Below, piece after piece: positions 14,276 to 26,230 of a stretch of DNA of 64,000 bases. The stretch's first letter is position 1; each line of letters opens with the position of its first letter. A program made the translations under genes and the position numbers. The stretch lies in assembly GCA_028534125.1 (NCBI GenBank), contig CM052818.1, positions 8,558,001 through 8,622,000 on the forward strand. Direction: 5' to 3'. The DNA is from Lama glama (lineage: Eukaryota). Below the pieces are notes generated by a model that worked only from the letters and a program-made list of their open reading frames with translations, was not told the DNA's origin and searched no databases.

Positions 14276-14485
14276 CAGCACTGTCCAATAAAACCTTTCT
14301 TGATGATGATGATGAAAATGTTCCATATTTGCACCATTCAAAATGCCAGTCCCTAGTCCCACATGGCTAGTGAGCACTTGAAATGTGGCTAATGTGACTG
14401 AATAAATGAATTTTTAATTTAATTTAATTTAAATTTAGATGTAAATAGTTACATGTGGTTAGCTGCTTCTGTACTACACAGCCCT
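14276..14485. mobile_element. MER3 hAT-Charlie element
   Basis: cagcactgtccaataaaacctttc...ccacatggctagtgagcacttgaaatgtggctaatgtgactga...aatagttacatgtggttag. Confidence 0.85.
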
Positions 14486-16091
14486 GAACTTGATGATTTA
14501 TGTTAAAAATGCATTCTTCTAAATTTTCTGAGTTGTAACCTTGATTTAAATTAGATGATCAGAAAACTAGGCTTCCCAGTCATATTCTCTCAGAGTCTTC
14601 ATAAAGGGTCAATATAAGCATTATCCAACTTAACAGTCTGAGTCTTTTGTAGTTTGAGACTTTATCCAATGTCATATTTTTTCATAATAAAAATCCTCTT
14701 TGAATTAAGCTCTAAGAAAAGTCTGCAAATGAATTTGAATATTTTCTTTAGCCTAAAGGAAAACTAGGTGAACCAATGTGCTTCCCTTTTTGCCTTAGCT
14801 GACAGCAAACTCAGAACCAACTCCAGTGTCCAGTGGTAACTTCTCTCGAATGCCTGGTAACATGTACTCTCTGCTCCTCTATTAGTATCTCTATTCTATT
14901 TATATCTCTAAATTAGTCATAATAGTGTGATTTTAAAACCTTAAGCTGACACACTCTTTTGAACATAGGCAGAGTATCAACTTTTAAAGTGATTAACTTT
15001 TTTGCATTAAAGTAAACCTTTTTTTTAATTGAGATAATAAAGTCAATTTTTAGAAAGTATTTTTAAAGTATTTAAATAATAACAACACTGGGATTAATAA
15101 CACTTGGGTATTTTTTAACAGATCAAACTTACCAAAGAAAATCTTTAGGTGTCTATAAGCAAAGCTCCCTAAAAGTAGCACTATGACAGTGAAAAATAAG
15201 ACAAACATATATGACATCCTGCAATAATTTTACTGTCCCCAAGTCACAAACTCAGTTCCACTCCTTTCAAAAAATATGCCAAAGTCCTGATACAGAATGT
15301 GAACATCCCTACTGAGTATTCAGTTCTAAATGCTTGTATGATTTTTCCTTTAGCATACTGGACTATTTTTATATCACACAGTGAAATACTTCAGTGACTC
15401 TTTTGTTGAAATTTTCCACAAAATCAGAACAAACACATTTGATGCATTAATAGCACATTTCTAGAAATGCATCTAATTACAAAACTAATGTGAAACTAAA
15501 TCATAAGAGTAGAACTTCTTCACATAATCACTTAAAATTCATTTCAAAAATCAACTTTTAAAATAACCAAGATTTGATACCAAAATAAGGTAAGGGAATT
15601 ACATCCTACCAACAGACACAAGTTTTCCCTCATGACATGGAAAAAATTTTTTTAATTGTCATAAAGAAATATATCCTAAAATCATAGTCACCAGATGACA
15701 CACATACAAACACAAATGCTGGCAAATTAATTCTACTTTAAAGGAATTTCATTTCCTTGGCCATATTCCTTAGCTAATAATCACTTACTTGAAGTGATTA
15801 AAAAGGAAATAGTTACAAAACCATATGAACCAATTTTGCTCCAGAAGCAAAACTATAGCTCCTTCCCAAAAGCCAAAGCATTGTCAAAACCTAGCTCATT
15901 TCAGCACAGCATTCTGCGAACGTGCTCCCTGGTTTACTCCCACCACTTAGGTCACTCCAGCCTTCCATGTTAGTTCATCTTTCTCTAATACTCCTTAATG
16001 CCCAGATGATATTTTCAGACTTCTCACTGACTCTACGCCTTTTCTCCAGATAGTTCTTTTCATCACTCTTGCTTGAATAATCAGATACAGA

Positions 16092-16280
16092 TAATAATAA
16101 AATGAATAACACTTATTGAGTGCTAACTAGATGTCAGGCACTGTCCTAACCACTTTACAGGTATTATCTCATTTAATCGTCAAAACAACTCTATGCTGGA
16201 AGCACTGTTATTATCAACATCATTTTACAGATAAGGTACTAAGAGGTTAAGTGATTTGTGCAAAGTCACACAGCCAGAAA
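16092..16280 (-). mobile_element. MIR SINE
   Basis: aacacttattgagtgctaactagatgtcaggcactgtcctaa...attttacagataagg...gttaagtgatttgtgcaaagtcacacagc. Confidence 0.88.
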
Positions 16281-16522
16281 ATATATTTTTTTGTACATAC
16301 ACAGACCTGAATGTTCCTGAAAGAAATTCTAAAGTTTCCATATTCATAAAGTTTCCATAGGGCTGGAATGCAGGCACAATGGGTTTCCCTCTGTTGCTTC
16401 TGCAGTTAGATTATAGTAAGATTAAACTAATAGTTTGGAGATTGGGCAGAAAGAAAACAGAAAGGTTATCACCCTCTAGATTGCATCAACACTAGCTGCA
16501 AGTTAACTCCAATGATTTAGGG

Positions 16523-16726
16523 CAGAGGCAGTAAGCTTTTTCTTAAAGGGACAGATAATAAATATTTTAAACTGCAGCCATCCAGTCTATGTCACAACCA
16601 CTCAACTCTGCCATTTTAGTGTGACAGCAGCCATAGACAATATGTAAACAAATGGACATGGTCGTGTTCCAATAAAACTATTTATAAAAGAGACACCCTG
16701 GATCAAACTAAAGTTGCCGGCCATCT
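16523..16726. mobile_element. MER58A-like hAT element
   Basis: aaagggacagataataaatatttt...actcaactctgccattttagtgtgacagcagccatagacaatatgtaaacaaatgg...gtgttccaataaaact. Confidence 0.85.
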
Positions 16727-17114
16727 AGAAGCATACTGAGTCTGGTGTGGAGGCAATGATGAAATTAGCACTGAAAGCCCAATTATGGCAGAAAAAAGCT
16801 CCACTATTTTCCTTTACACACCACAACTGAATTTTGTACCACTGAACTTCACATAGAATAAACATTTAAAATCTGGATAAAAAACTACATGTAACAATTC
16901 CAGTTTAAAAAAAAATCAGTTCATGAAACACTAAAATAAAATTACTAACAAAGTAACATATCAATTTATTATGTACTAAAATTACATCTACCTTTGACCA
17001 TCACCACATGGAAAAGAAAACTGTTATTTTATTTCAAGGAATAGGTGTTCAAGAATCACAGAACTTGTAACAAAGTTTTGTAAAGTATAACTTTTTGGCC
17101 TCTCTCTCTCCCCT

Positions 17115-19750
17115 CATTAAGATTTTAGCACCTGACTCCCTGTCTTAATCTTCTCCTCCAATTATTTTTAGCAATTTCAAAAGCCACAGATAATTTGTCC
17201 CACACTTAGCCTTTCAAATTCCTTGATTACCCGCTTCACTTCCAAAAACCTTTTCCTCCATTCCATCCAAACACCAACTGCCACTTTCAAACCCTAACAG
17301 CTAGTGTCCAAAGAGGAATGGGAGCACCTGGAGGTAGGAAAATGACCCATTTAAATATAGGAAAATTTCTACTAAAATGTGTTTACTTGAAGAAAAGAAA
17401 ATAAATTAAGGTATACTCATGTTTAATATATAAGTACATTATAACTGTATTGAAGATGTGTGCTTATTTTTTTTCACTATCAAGCAAAAGTGAGCCAAAG
17501 GAGACCACAACCTGTATGTCGTCATCACCATTAACCACATCCTCCAAAGTCAAGCATCTCACTCTGACTCCTTCTTCCCATTTTTTCAGGTCATTCACTC
17601 TGGTATCCCAATCCCAACAAGCATTCACCCTCTTAAGATCTCACTTTTCCACTGACCACCCTATCTTTCATGTCCTTATTTTCCTCCTCTTCCATCTTAT
17701 ACTCCATGGCTCATCACTATTACCACTCCCATACCTTTACTCTCAATTTCCTTGCCCTTCTTTCCATGCCACATTTCCCTAGTCAATTCATTCTCATTTT
17801 GACAATTTCATATGTCCTCTCTCATCAATCCTTCAATAAATTTCTGTCTCCTCCCTCCTGGACGATGACCTCTAATATTAATTCCCTGAGAAAACAGAAG
17901 CCAACAAAAGAGAATGTCCACATCCTCCCCAAGCAAATCTACCAACCTAAATGCTTCTCTACCCATGTATTGCGCTTCCCTCCTTGTAACAATGAATTGT
18001 CTCTGCTTCTACCTAAGTTCAGCTTTTCCATGCATGTGCTGGATCCTCTTCTCTTTCTCTCATTGTACTGCAGGCGCTGAAGGTGCTTGAGGCCTGGCAG
18101 GTTCTTGGACTCGGGCAGACCAAAGAACACTTGCAGAGCAGTAGGTGTCCCTGACATGACTTTATTGTGGAGAGGAGTATATGGGCTTCAATGGCAGTGG
18201 GATGTCAAGTCCCATCCCCCTTATATAGCAAGGCAAACAAAGCCAGCATCAAGCCAGCTACACGAACTACGTGGGCTAACCATTGGGCTTGCACAGCGCA
18301 AGTTATTACATAACAACACATGGGTACTGTATATGTGGGAAAATACTGCTGCGTCACTAGGCACTGGACATCCAGACATCTGGGAGGGAGCCTGACCAAC
18401 TCCATTCTCACTATACTCTATCATTCAAGGACTTTCCTCTGGAAGTTACCTCCTGCCCCAGCATATCATCACTTTTTCCTTCTTTACCAATCATTTCCAA
18501 CAGCTTAAAATGTGCTGAAACATCTTTCATGCAAAAGGTGTACCTTGACCTCTTGTCCCTCTTCAGCTACTATCTAGTTCTCCAGTTTATAGAAAAATTT
18601 TCCAGAAAAAGCACCCATACTAACTGTATCCACTTCCTTTACTCTAACCCAGTCTAATCACGCTTTCATCCCCACCACTCCACTGAAGCCATTCTTCAAG
18701 GTCACCAGCTCTTTCCAACTTGCCAAATCTAATGGTCATCTTGCTCAACCTCTCAACCGGATTTGACATACCTAAACACTCCTTTCCTGTTACATTTTGC
18801 ACTTGGTTCCTTGGAAAGCGCACTCTCCAAATTTTCCTCCCACCTCACTACTGCTTGCTTTCAGTCTCCTTTGCTTGCTCTTCCTTTTCTTCCCCACCTC
18901 TGTATGCTGACGTTCCAAGGCTCAGTCCTCAGTCCTCTTAATCTATGTGAATACCATAGGAATTTCCTAGAGCCCCACAGTCATAAATTCTATCTATATA
19001 CTAAGAAATTCTAGCCTCTTCTCTCCCTTGAGCTGGAGACTCTTATAATCAACTGCTTAATTAATATCTCCAGGTGGATGTCCCAAACTTTAAGAAAAGC
19101 GAAGCCAATTCTTGCTTTCTCCTTCATACCAAACCTTTTCCTCCCCTGTGTCCCCCATCCCTGTGGTTAGTATCACATTTACCTGGTGGCTCAGGCCAGG
19201 ACCCTATGATCATTATTGAGCCATCTCTCACTGTACATTGTATCCAATCCATCGTTAAGTCCTGTCAACTATACCTTCAAAAAATTTATTTCCAGTTAAC
19301 ATGGGTTTATATACTTATCAAAACTTATTGAACGATATACTTTAAATGGATGCATTTTATTGTATGTAAAAGTGTAAATTATACCTCAATAAAGTGTGGT
19401 AGGAGCATATGTGTGTGTTATCTGCCTCCATACAACCATTTCTCACCACCTCCCCCACTGTCTCTTTGCCACTTGGACTACTGCAACAACCTCCTGGCTT
19501 CCATTCTTACTCAGGACAGTTCACATTCCACAAAGTATCCAGAATACTCTTTTAAAAACGTAAATGATATTATGTTACTTCCCTGCTCAGACCTCTCCAA
19601 TGGCTTTCTATCACATTTGAAATCCAAAAGCCCTCACTTACCATGATCTCAAGACCATATGTGATCTAAAGTCAACCTACCTCTCAGACCTCACCTGCTA
19701 CCATTTTGCCCCTCATTCTTCTGTGTTCCAGACACACTGGCCTTCCAGAT
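17115..19750 (+). mobile_element. L2 LINE relic, interrupted by an LTR (18064-18420) and an L1 3' piece (~19290-19395)
   Basis: C/T-rich L2 motifs: ctttcatccccaccactccactgaa, gccaaatctaatggtca, tatccaatccatcgttaagtcctgtcaactataccttcaaaa, ttggactactgcaacaacctcct. Confidence 0.85.
18064..18420 (-). mobile_element. Solo ERV LTR inserted into L2
   Basis: Compositionally distinct ~357-bp insert starting TGT and flanked by tcat/tcat; the L2 sequence rejoins across it. On minus it reads CCAAT (~18282), TATATAA (18221-18227) then AATAAA (18161-18166), the U3-R order. Confidence 0.72.
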
Positions 19751-21409
19751 ACTTTTATAATAATTCAATTAATTATTTTTTAATGTATTTCAATAGTAGG
19801 TTTTTAACATCAAGGCTGATGTACCAGCTCACTCAATTAGACAGTCAACAGAGAAATGTTCGCTTAAGCCACCCAAAGAAGTGGATCTGGATGAGGACTT
19901 ATTAATGGAATTTAGCCTTCATAAACTCAAGGTAATAACTTACAGCGCATGTAGCATTCTAACATCTAGCTGGAAAACTAACTTGGGATCAGTTACAGAC
20001 AGCCTGGAACATCAGATTAAGGAGTATATTTTATCTAACAGGCCAAGATCACAAACTTAAGCACTGAGAAGAGCTACTGTTTTTGACTTTTCAAATCCTG
20101 AGGTCACAAGGTTTGCAAAAGGGTGTTGAATAATGGAGAAAATGAGTTACTTTCAGGGATATATGCACCTTTTTGTACCTCTAGAATTCTGAACCATGCA
20201 TTACCTATTTTAAAACATAAATTATAATTAAAAGTATATTTAAAAACAAGAAAAAGGAATTTTTATATGACAGAAAAACAGAAATAAGTATATTTATGCC
20301 TTTTGGGGAAAAGTTTATAGTACTTTAAATACTTTTTGAATGTCATAACTAACACTTATATAGAAGAAATATAAAAATAGATAAAATAGGTTCACACGTG
20401 TAGTTAATATAGAGACATACAAAAATATATAATACACAGAAAATATAACATGGTTCTCATCATGTATTAGGGAGATTCTATCAGAATTGAATTCTGCAAC
20501 CTAAATTAACATAACCACAATTTGCCAATTTTCAAGTTGTTTCCTTAAACACCTGAATAGCCACTGAAAGCACACAAGTGAAGACTTCTGTCAGAAATCT
20601 AAAGGCCTGCAGGTGATAAAAGAACAAGACACAAAGCAAAGAGAGAAAAGGCAGCACAGTCTTTCTCTCAAATTCATTTCCAGTGGCCAGTCTCACCACT
20701 TGCCAACAGCTACATCAGTGAAGTGAGATAAATAATTAAATGACTTGGGGACAACAATAAGAGAAAGGGATATAAACCCTTATCATCTCCAAAGCTGCTA
20801 GAGCCTCTACCTGGAAATCAATGAGGTCTGGACTCCGCAGGATAGTATTCTTTTCTCAGATGAATAAAAGTCATTCTGTTTTTCGTTCCTGACCTAAGTT
20901 CTAGAGCCACTATACCAGGGAAGAATCAGGAATTAGACCCTGTTGAACTTAGGGATCAGACCACATCAAACTGGGCAAAGGCAAAATACTAAAAGATGGC
21001 AACAAAGAGAAGTGTGAGAAAGTAGAGACCCCAAACTTTCTAATCTATAGAATCCAACCTTTGATCAAGGGTAAAACACTGCGAATTTGCTCATGGCCTA
21101 GATCTAAAAGAAGATGGCCTCTTGAAACCCTTACCTTCATCCTGTTATCTGTCACATCCAGGGTCATAGTCTATGACCATGACAAGAGAACATGGGGAAC
21201 ATTTCTCCTCTTCTTAATCACAGAAATAACGCACACATCCTGATTCCCATTACCCTCTTCCATCAATACTCTATGCCTTTCCAGAGTTCCCTGAGTTTCA
21301 TCTTCACTTCCTGAGTTTCAAATATATGCAGAAATCAGTGTATTTTAAACATACTTTATCCTGGAGTCATGAATGGGCACTTGGTAAGGCTGAAAACATT
21401 ATTTTAAAA

Positions 21410-21572
21410 TACTGCTTCTTAAATTTTAATATGCATAATACTATGGATCTTATTATGAAATGCAGATTGATTCAGCAGGTCTGGAGCAGGGCCTGAGAGA
21501 CAGCAGTCCTAACAGGTTCCCAGGCTCTGCAAGTTCTACTGCTTCTCAGAAAATACTTGAAGTAGCAACGTT
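21410..21572. mobile_element. MER5A hAT element
   Basis: aaatgcagattgattcagcaggtctggagcagggcctgaga...ctaacaggttcccagg...aagtagcaa. Confidence 0.8.
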
Positions 21573-22599
21573 CTAAAGGGTAATGGCACCTGTATACACC
21601 GGTTACCTCCAAAGGCACAATCCCAGAGGAATGCTAACTATTCTTTCTTCTTATCTTTTATTCCTTCTTCTCTAATTTATAATAATAGATCTATTTTCTT
21701 ATCCTCTCAAAACTTGCAATTTATCTTCAATACCTCTTTCCTTTTATTCAATTGGCATCTCTAAATTTCCTTCCTCTCCTTTTATTTTTTCCATATCCCC
21801 AAAACAATACCTAAAATGTAAAAGCAGCTGACAAAATATGTTCTTACTATATATTCAAGTCTATTCTTATGTCCTTTAAATAGATTCTAATTCTGCATAC
21901 ACATCCAATAATTTAAGAATTCTTTTAAGCATCAAACTAAGGAATGAAAAAGAAAACGATAGGATGTAAGTATAGAAACTGGGCCAAATCTGTGTGTATC
22001 ACAAGGATCCTATGCAAAATAAGGCAAAAGGAACACTAACTTAAAGTCATTACAACAAATTTTTATACAATGAAAAGATTTTAAAGCTCTAGGGATCCAC
22101 TTATAAACAAAATTCCAGTACATCAAATAAATATATTATTCTTTGGGCACTGTCACCTTATTAGCTTTAAATTATATTTTTAGATGAGAGAAAAAATGTA
22201 AAATAGCTAGAACTATATGTCTAAAAATTCTAGAATATGAAAATGCTTTTAGTGTGATAAGGCCACACCCTATCATAAAGATCTAATTTAATAGGTATAC
22301 CATAAAGTCCATGCCTAAAAATTATGAAGCCAACTATTCACCTATAATCAAGTTCAGTTTTCATTCTTGCTTTCACCTTGAGGCACATTAACAATAACTT
22401 ATATAGTTCCCAAAGGGTGGGCGCGGAAATCCAGGAATGCTGCAAACTGTGGGGAAGAAACCGATGTTGTGACTAAAGAATGATCTGATATGTTCTATTT
22501 TCCTTAAGAAAAGAGATTCAAATTTAAGCATCTTAAAGTTGATGCCCCCAGTATAGTGCCAAGTTACAAAATACTTGTAATCAGGATCTTCCTCATGCA

Positions 22600-23650
22600 A
22601 TTCCCAGCTTGGTTAGTAGTACATCCAGTCCTCCAAGCCAGAAATATGGGTGTCAACCTAGGCCTTTCCCTCTCCCTCGTCCTCATTCTTTCCAGACCCC
22701 TACTGAAATGACCATCAAGTCCTATCCATTCTGTGTCCTAACTGTTCCTCTAGTCTGTTCTCTCCATTCCTTCTGCCACTGCCTCAGTCTAAGCCTTTTC
22801 TCTCACTTCATCCACTGCAACAGCTACCCCACCATCGCTGCCTCCAGTCACCCTTTCCACTCCAGTCATCCAGATGATCCTCCAAGATGTAAACCTAATG
22901 TCTCTTCTGCTCAGAACCTTTCACTATGTTTCCATCACCCAGAGAATAAAGTCCAAGCCATGTATGACCACACTTTTTTATGATTTGAATCCTGCCTGCC
23001 TCTGAAACATGTTAGTCCACTGCACTCCCCTCATCCTGCACTTTAAGCCCCATGATTATTCAACTACACTGCTTGAACTTCCAGCACATGCTTTTTAATG
23101 CCTCCATGCTTTTGCATAGCCTGTTGCTTCAGTCTAGAATATCCTTCATTTCTTCCCCCTTAGCATCCTGGCCAACTACTATGAATCTTTCAAAACTCAG
23201 CTCAGCTCCCAGAAAGCCATCCCAAGGCCCCACCCCTATGATTAAAGAATTGATTATTTCCTTCTCTGCCAACTTTATAAGTAATAATGGAATCTACTGG
23301 ACATTTACTATGTGCCTGACATTGTTTCAATCATTTTACATGTGTTACTCATTTCATATTCACAGTAACCCTTCTTATGAAGTGATACCAGTATTACCTT
23401 TGTGGATATGGAAACTATCACAGAGAAGTAAATAATCTCTCCCCAAGGATATCCAATTGTTAAGTGATGGAGACATTAAAATCCCTCCATCCTACATATT
23501 TATATTATTGCACCTATCACAGTGAATTTATTTACACAACTGTCATTACCCTGGACTGTGAGCTCCTTGAGGGTGGGGATTATGTCATATTCAATTCTAA
23601 TGCCACAGTGCCTAGTATAAAGTAGGTAATCAGTACACACATTTCTTGAG
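22600..23650 (+). mobile_element. L2 3' relic with nested antisense MIR (~23280-23475)
   Basis: caagccagaaatatgggtgtca, accatcaagtcctatccattct, gactgtgagctccttgagggtgggga...cagtgcctag; MIR: acatttactatgtgcctgacattgtt...ggaaactatcacagagaagtaaataa. Confidence 0.8.
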
Positions 23651-24641
23651 TTGCATATAACATTCCTAACAAGTTCAAGAGAAAAGCATTCAGAAACTAG
23701 TTTCCAAATAAATATTCAAATATGCTTTAAGAGTTCTAGAGTAGAGCAAGCTATATTTTTTCATCTAATAAAAAGGATGTTAAAAAGAGGGATTAATACA
23801 GACATGAGATTACAGTCTATGCGGGCAATGAAATGGACTTACTTTTGCAGTAACACTGCTTAATCACTGCAATAAATCAAAACCCAAAGCACCATTTGCT
23901 TAAGATTAACTTTCTTCTCTGGCTAAGTAATTTTCCTTGCTTATCATTCAGGGCAGTGAAAAGAAAGTCCTAAATTTACTTTGCTCAAGTGGAAAGAAGC
24001 AAGTCATAGACCAGCACTACTAACTGCTTCCTTAAATCTGGCCAAGAAATGTATCCCATTAGGCAATTAAAATAAAACATAGTTGCCTGCCTGACTAAGC
24101 ATATAACAAAAGGATTTCTGAGGTTGTGTGGACTGGCATTCTATTATTCAAATAATAAAAAATTCTTTATTTTAAACACAAAAAAAGAAAGATCAAGAAC
24201 AAAATAAAACAGATCACCACCACCCCACGAGAATGTAGACTTCTGTATTAAAACTCTATTGAAACAGACACATATGTTACATCAAAATATACACATTTAC
24301 AATACTTCAATAGCCATTCTCCATGTCTCCTTGAAATTACAAAAATCAAAGTTACTCTAACACTAATGATGAAAGACCTCAAGCCAAATCTACTGTACTA
24401 AGTGTGCTCTCCTAGTTACAGTTCTCTGAACCATACTGAAGTACAGTAATTAAAACCCACAGGGACAGTACCAGCAGCAACAGAGCACAGCATAGTACTT
24501 GTTAGAGTAATGTGCACCCCGCCCAGCTTTGACACCCTTGTGCACTACAGAAAGGTAAGTCTGCTGTCAGAAGAAACAGAGCTTAGGCCACAATGAGTTT
24601 AGGCCACAGCACAGCAAACTCCACGCCCAGGCACGTCTTAC

Positions 24642-24745
24642 CATTTCTTGGTACACTCAACCATCAGCTCCTGGTAGGAGGCCACAAACTGGAACTTGGA
24701 TGCATGTTTTCCCACACGCTGCAGTCTCTTCCAAACTGAAGCCAT
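24642..24745 (-). CDS. EHBP1: EH domain-binding protein 1, first coding segment (start of N-terminal NT-C2 domain); remaining CDS lies beyond the left edge of the window
   Basis: Minus-strand translation from ATG at 24745 (atcATGG, strong Kozak) gives MASVWKRLQRVGKHASKFQFVASYQELMVECTKK + TG, the recognisable EHBP1 N-terminus. It is 104 nt long and ends at a canonical donor TG|gtaaga (intron starts 24641). Confidence 0.96.
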
Positions 24746-25046
24746 GATGATCAGTCAAAACAGTAAAGCAGTTCTGGGTGAGCAACACAGCAGCTTTAAC
24801 AAAGCAGAGGGTCCAAAGCAAAGGAGCTTTGCATGTATGTCTGTACTTAAAAAAAACTCAACTACAACTTGAAATGATGTTTGGGGTCCATAAGTCTTCT
24901 CCCTGTCTCACAGGGTAAATCCCATCTTAGATGAATGGCCCAGTCAAGAACAGTATGACACACATGACAGGATGAGTAGGAGGAGGTTCCCTCATGGAAT
25001 CATCACCATTCCACCTCAGGGGCTATATGATGTGTATTCTGGAGAA
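24642..25046 (-). other. EHBP1: EHBP1 exon containing 301 nt of 5'UTR plus the start codon (405 nt)
   Basis: Minus-strand acceptor ttttttctctttgttttgcttttcag| with intron G at 25047; donor at 24641. Confidence 0.88.
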
Positions 25047-25883
25047 CTGAAAAGCAAAACAAAGAGAAAAAATATGAGGAGAGAAGCATGGGAAGGGACT
25101 AACCACCCATGTTAGGTAACACTGCAACAGACAACCCCAGTTCTCCGCATGTTCCTCAAACAATGAAACAAAACACCAACCTCAAAACCCAGTAACATCA
25201 AGGATGCAAGACACCAAGCAAGAAATTACAATTCACACCGAAGACGTGGAGCTACACATCAGGTAATCAGCATCAACAACAATCGAGAGACGAAAGTCGG
25301 GCCCTACCCTCGCCCTCAGCATCACAGAAGGGCGAGCAGAGCGGGAAAGTCTAGAGATGCTGTTTAATGTCCACCACCAGTCAGAGGGAGAAGTGGAGTA
25401 TTTTAAAATAAACTTTGTTTTTCAGTCGATAATTAATAGTCTCGAGCCCTAGAATATGTGCGTTTAACAAATTAAGGAGCGTAGAAGAATGCTGTTGTTC
25501 AGTGGGAGGGGGAAATGGATGGGGAAAAAGGAGTGGAGGGAAATCTCAAGGCAGAGAGAGGGCAGTGTCCCAGCTCCAGGCCACTTGGGCTCTCCTTCAC
25601 CTTCGCTGCCAACCGAAGGGAAATGGAAACTCCTGCCTGGGCGTGAGGCAATGACCAGCGGGGCAAGTACACGGTGCGGGGTGCGGTGCCTCCCTCCCCC
25701 ATCCTCAGGGAACAGTCCGCCGGAGCCTCCTCTCCTCACGCACAGAGCCCAGACCCCTGCCCCCCGGCGGAGGCAGGCTGTGGCTCGCCTGCGGTCCCTG
25801 TCACCCAGGCGATGCCAGAAGATCCCAGCCCGGTCCCCGAGCCCCGGCCCCGCCGCACGTCCACTCCCGCCCCTTCCTCACAC

Positions 25884-26230
25884 CTCTAATCCCGCTGTCG
25901 GGCTGAGTCTGGCCCGGTTCCCTCCTCAGCGCCGCTCCTCCGTTGCCGCCGCAGCAGCAGCCGCCGCCGCCGCCACCGAGTCCTCCATCCCCGGCGGAGC
26001 CACATGGAACAGCCGAGCCAGCAGCGGCGCTCCCGGGAGCCGGGGTCTGCAGCCCCTCAGGCGGACCGCGCGCCTCACGCCCGCCCCCTCCCGGACGGAG
26101 TCGCCCCGCGACCGTCCCCCACCCTACAAAACCCTGCCAGAGCCGCCGCTCAGCGCCCAGCACCCCCTCCCCCGCCTTCCTCCTCCGCCACCATCATCAT
26201 TACCTCCCCCGCCGCACCTCTCACACTAAC
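25884..26230 (-). other. EHBP1: Probable non-coding first exon of EHBP1 (TSS approximate)
   Basis: GC-rich, GGC-repeat-containing segment just downstream (minus sense) of CCAAT/GC boxes. Best donor candidate is GAG|gtgtga (intron starts 25883); alternative is TGG|gtgaca at 25804. Boundaries inferred. Confidence 0.55.
25945..25974. repeat. Interrupted GCC/GCA trinucleotide repeat in EHBP1 leader
   Basis: gccgccgcagcagcagccgccgccgccgcc read directly. Confidence 0.9.

Noticed and set aside
17450..19905. Dense cluster of plus-strand ORFs
   Set aside because: They overlie C/T-rich L2 and LTR relics; composition-driven and not gene-like.
1..24641. Next EHBP1 coding exon (expected to continue W-QPDKLVVVWTRR...)
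   Set aside because: Not found on the minus strand by eye; the intron evidently extends past the left edge.
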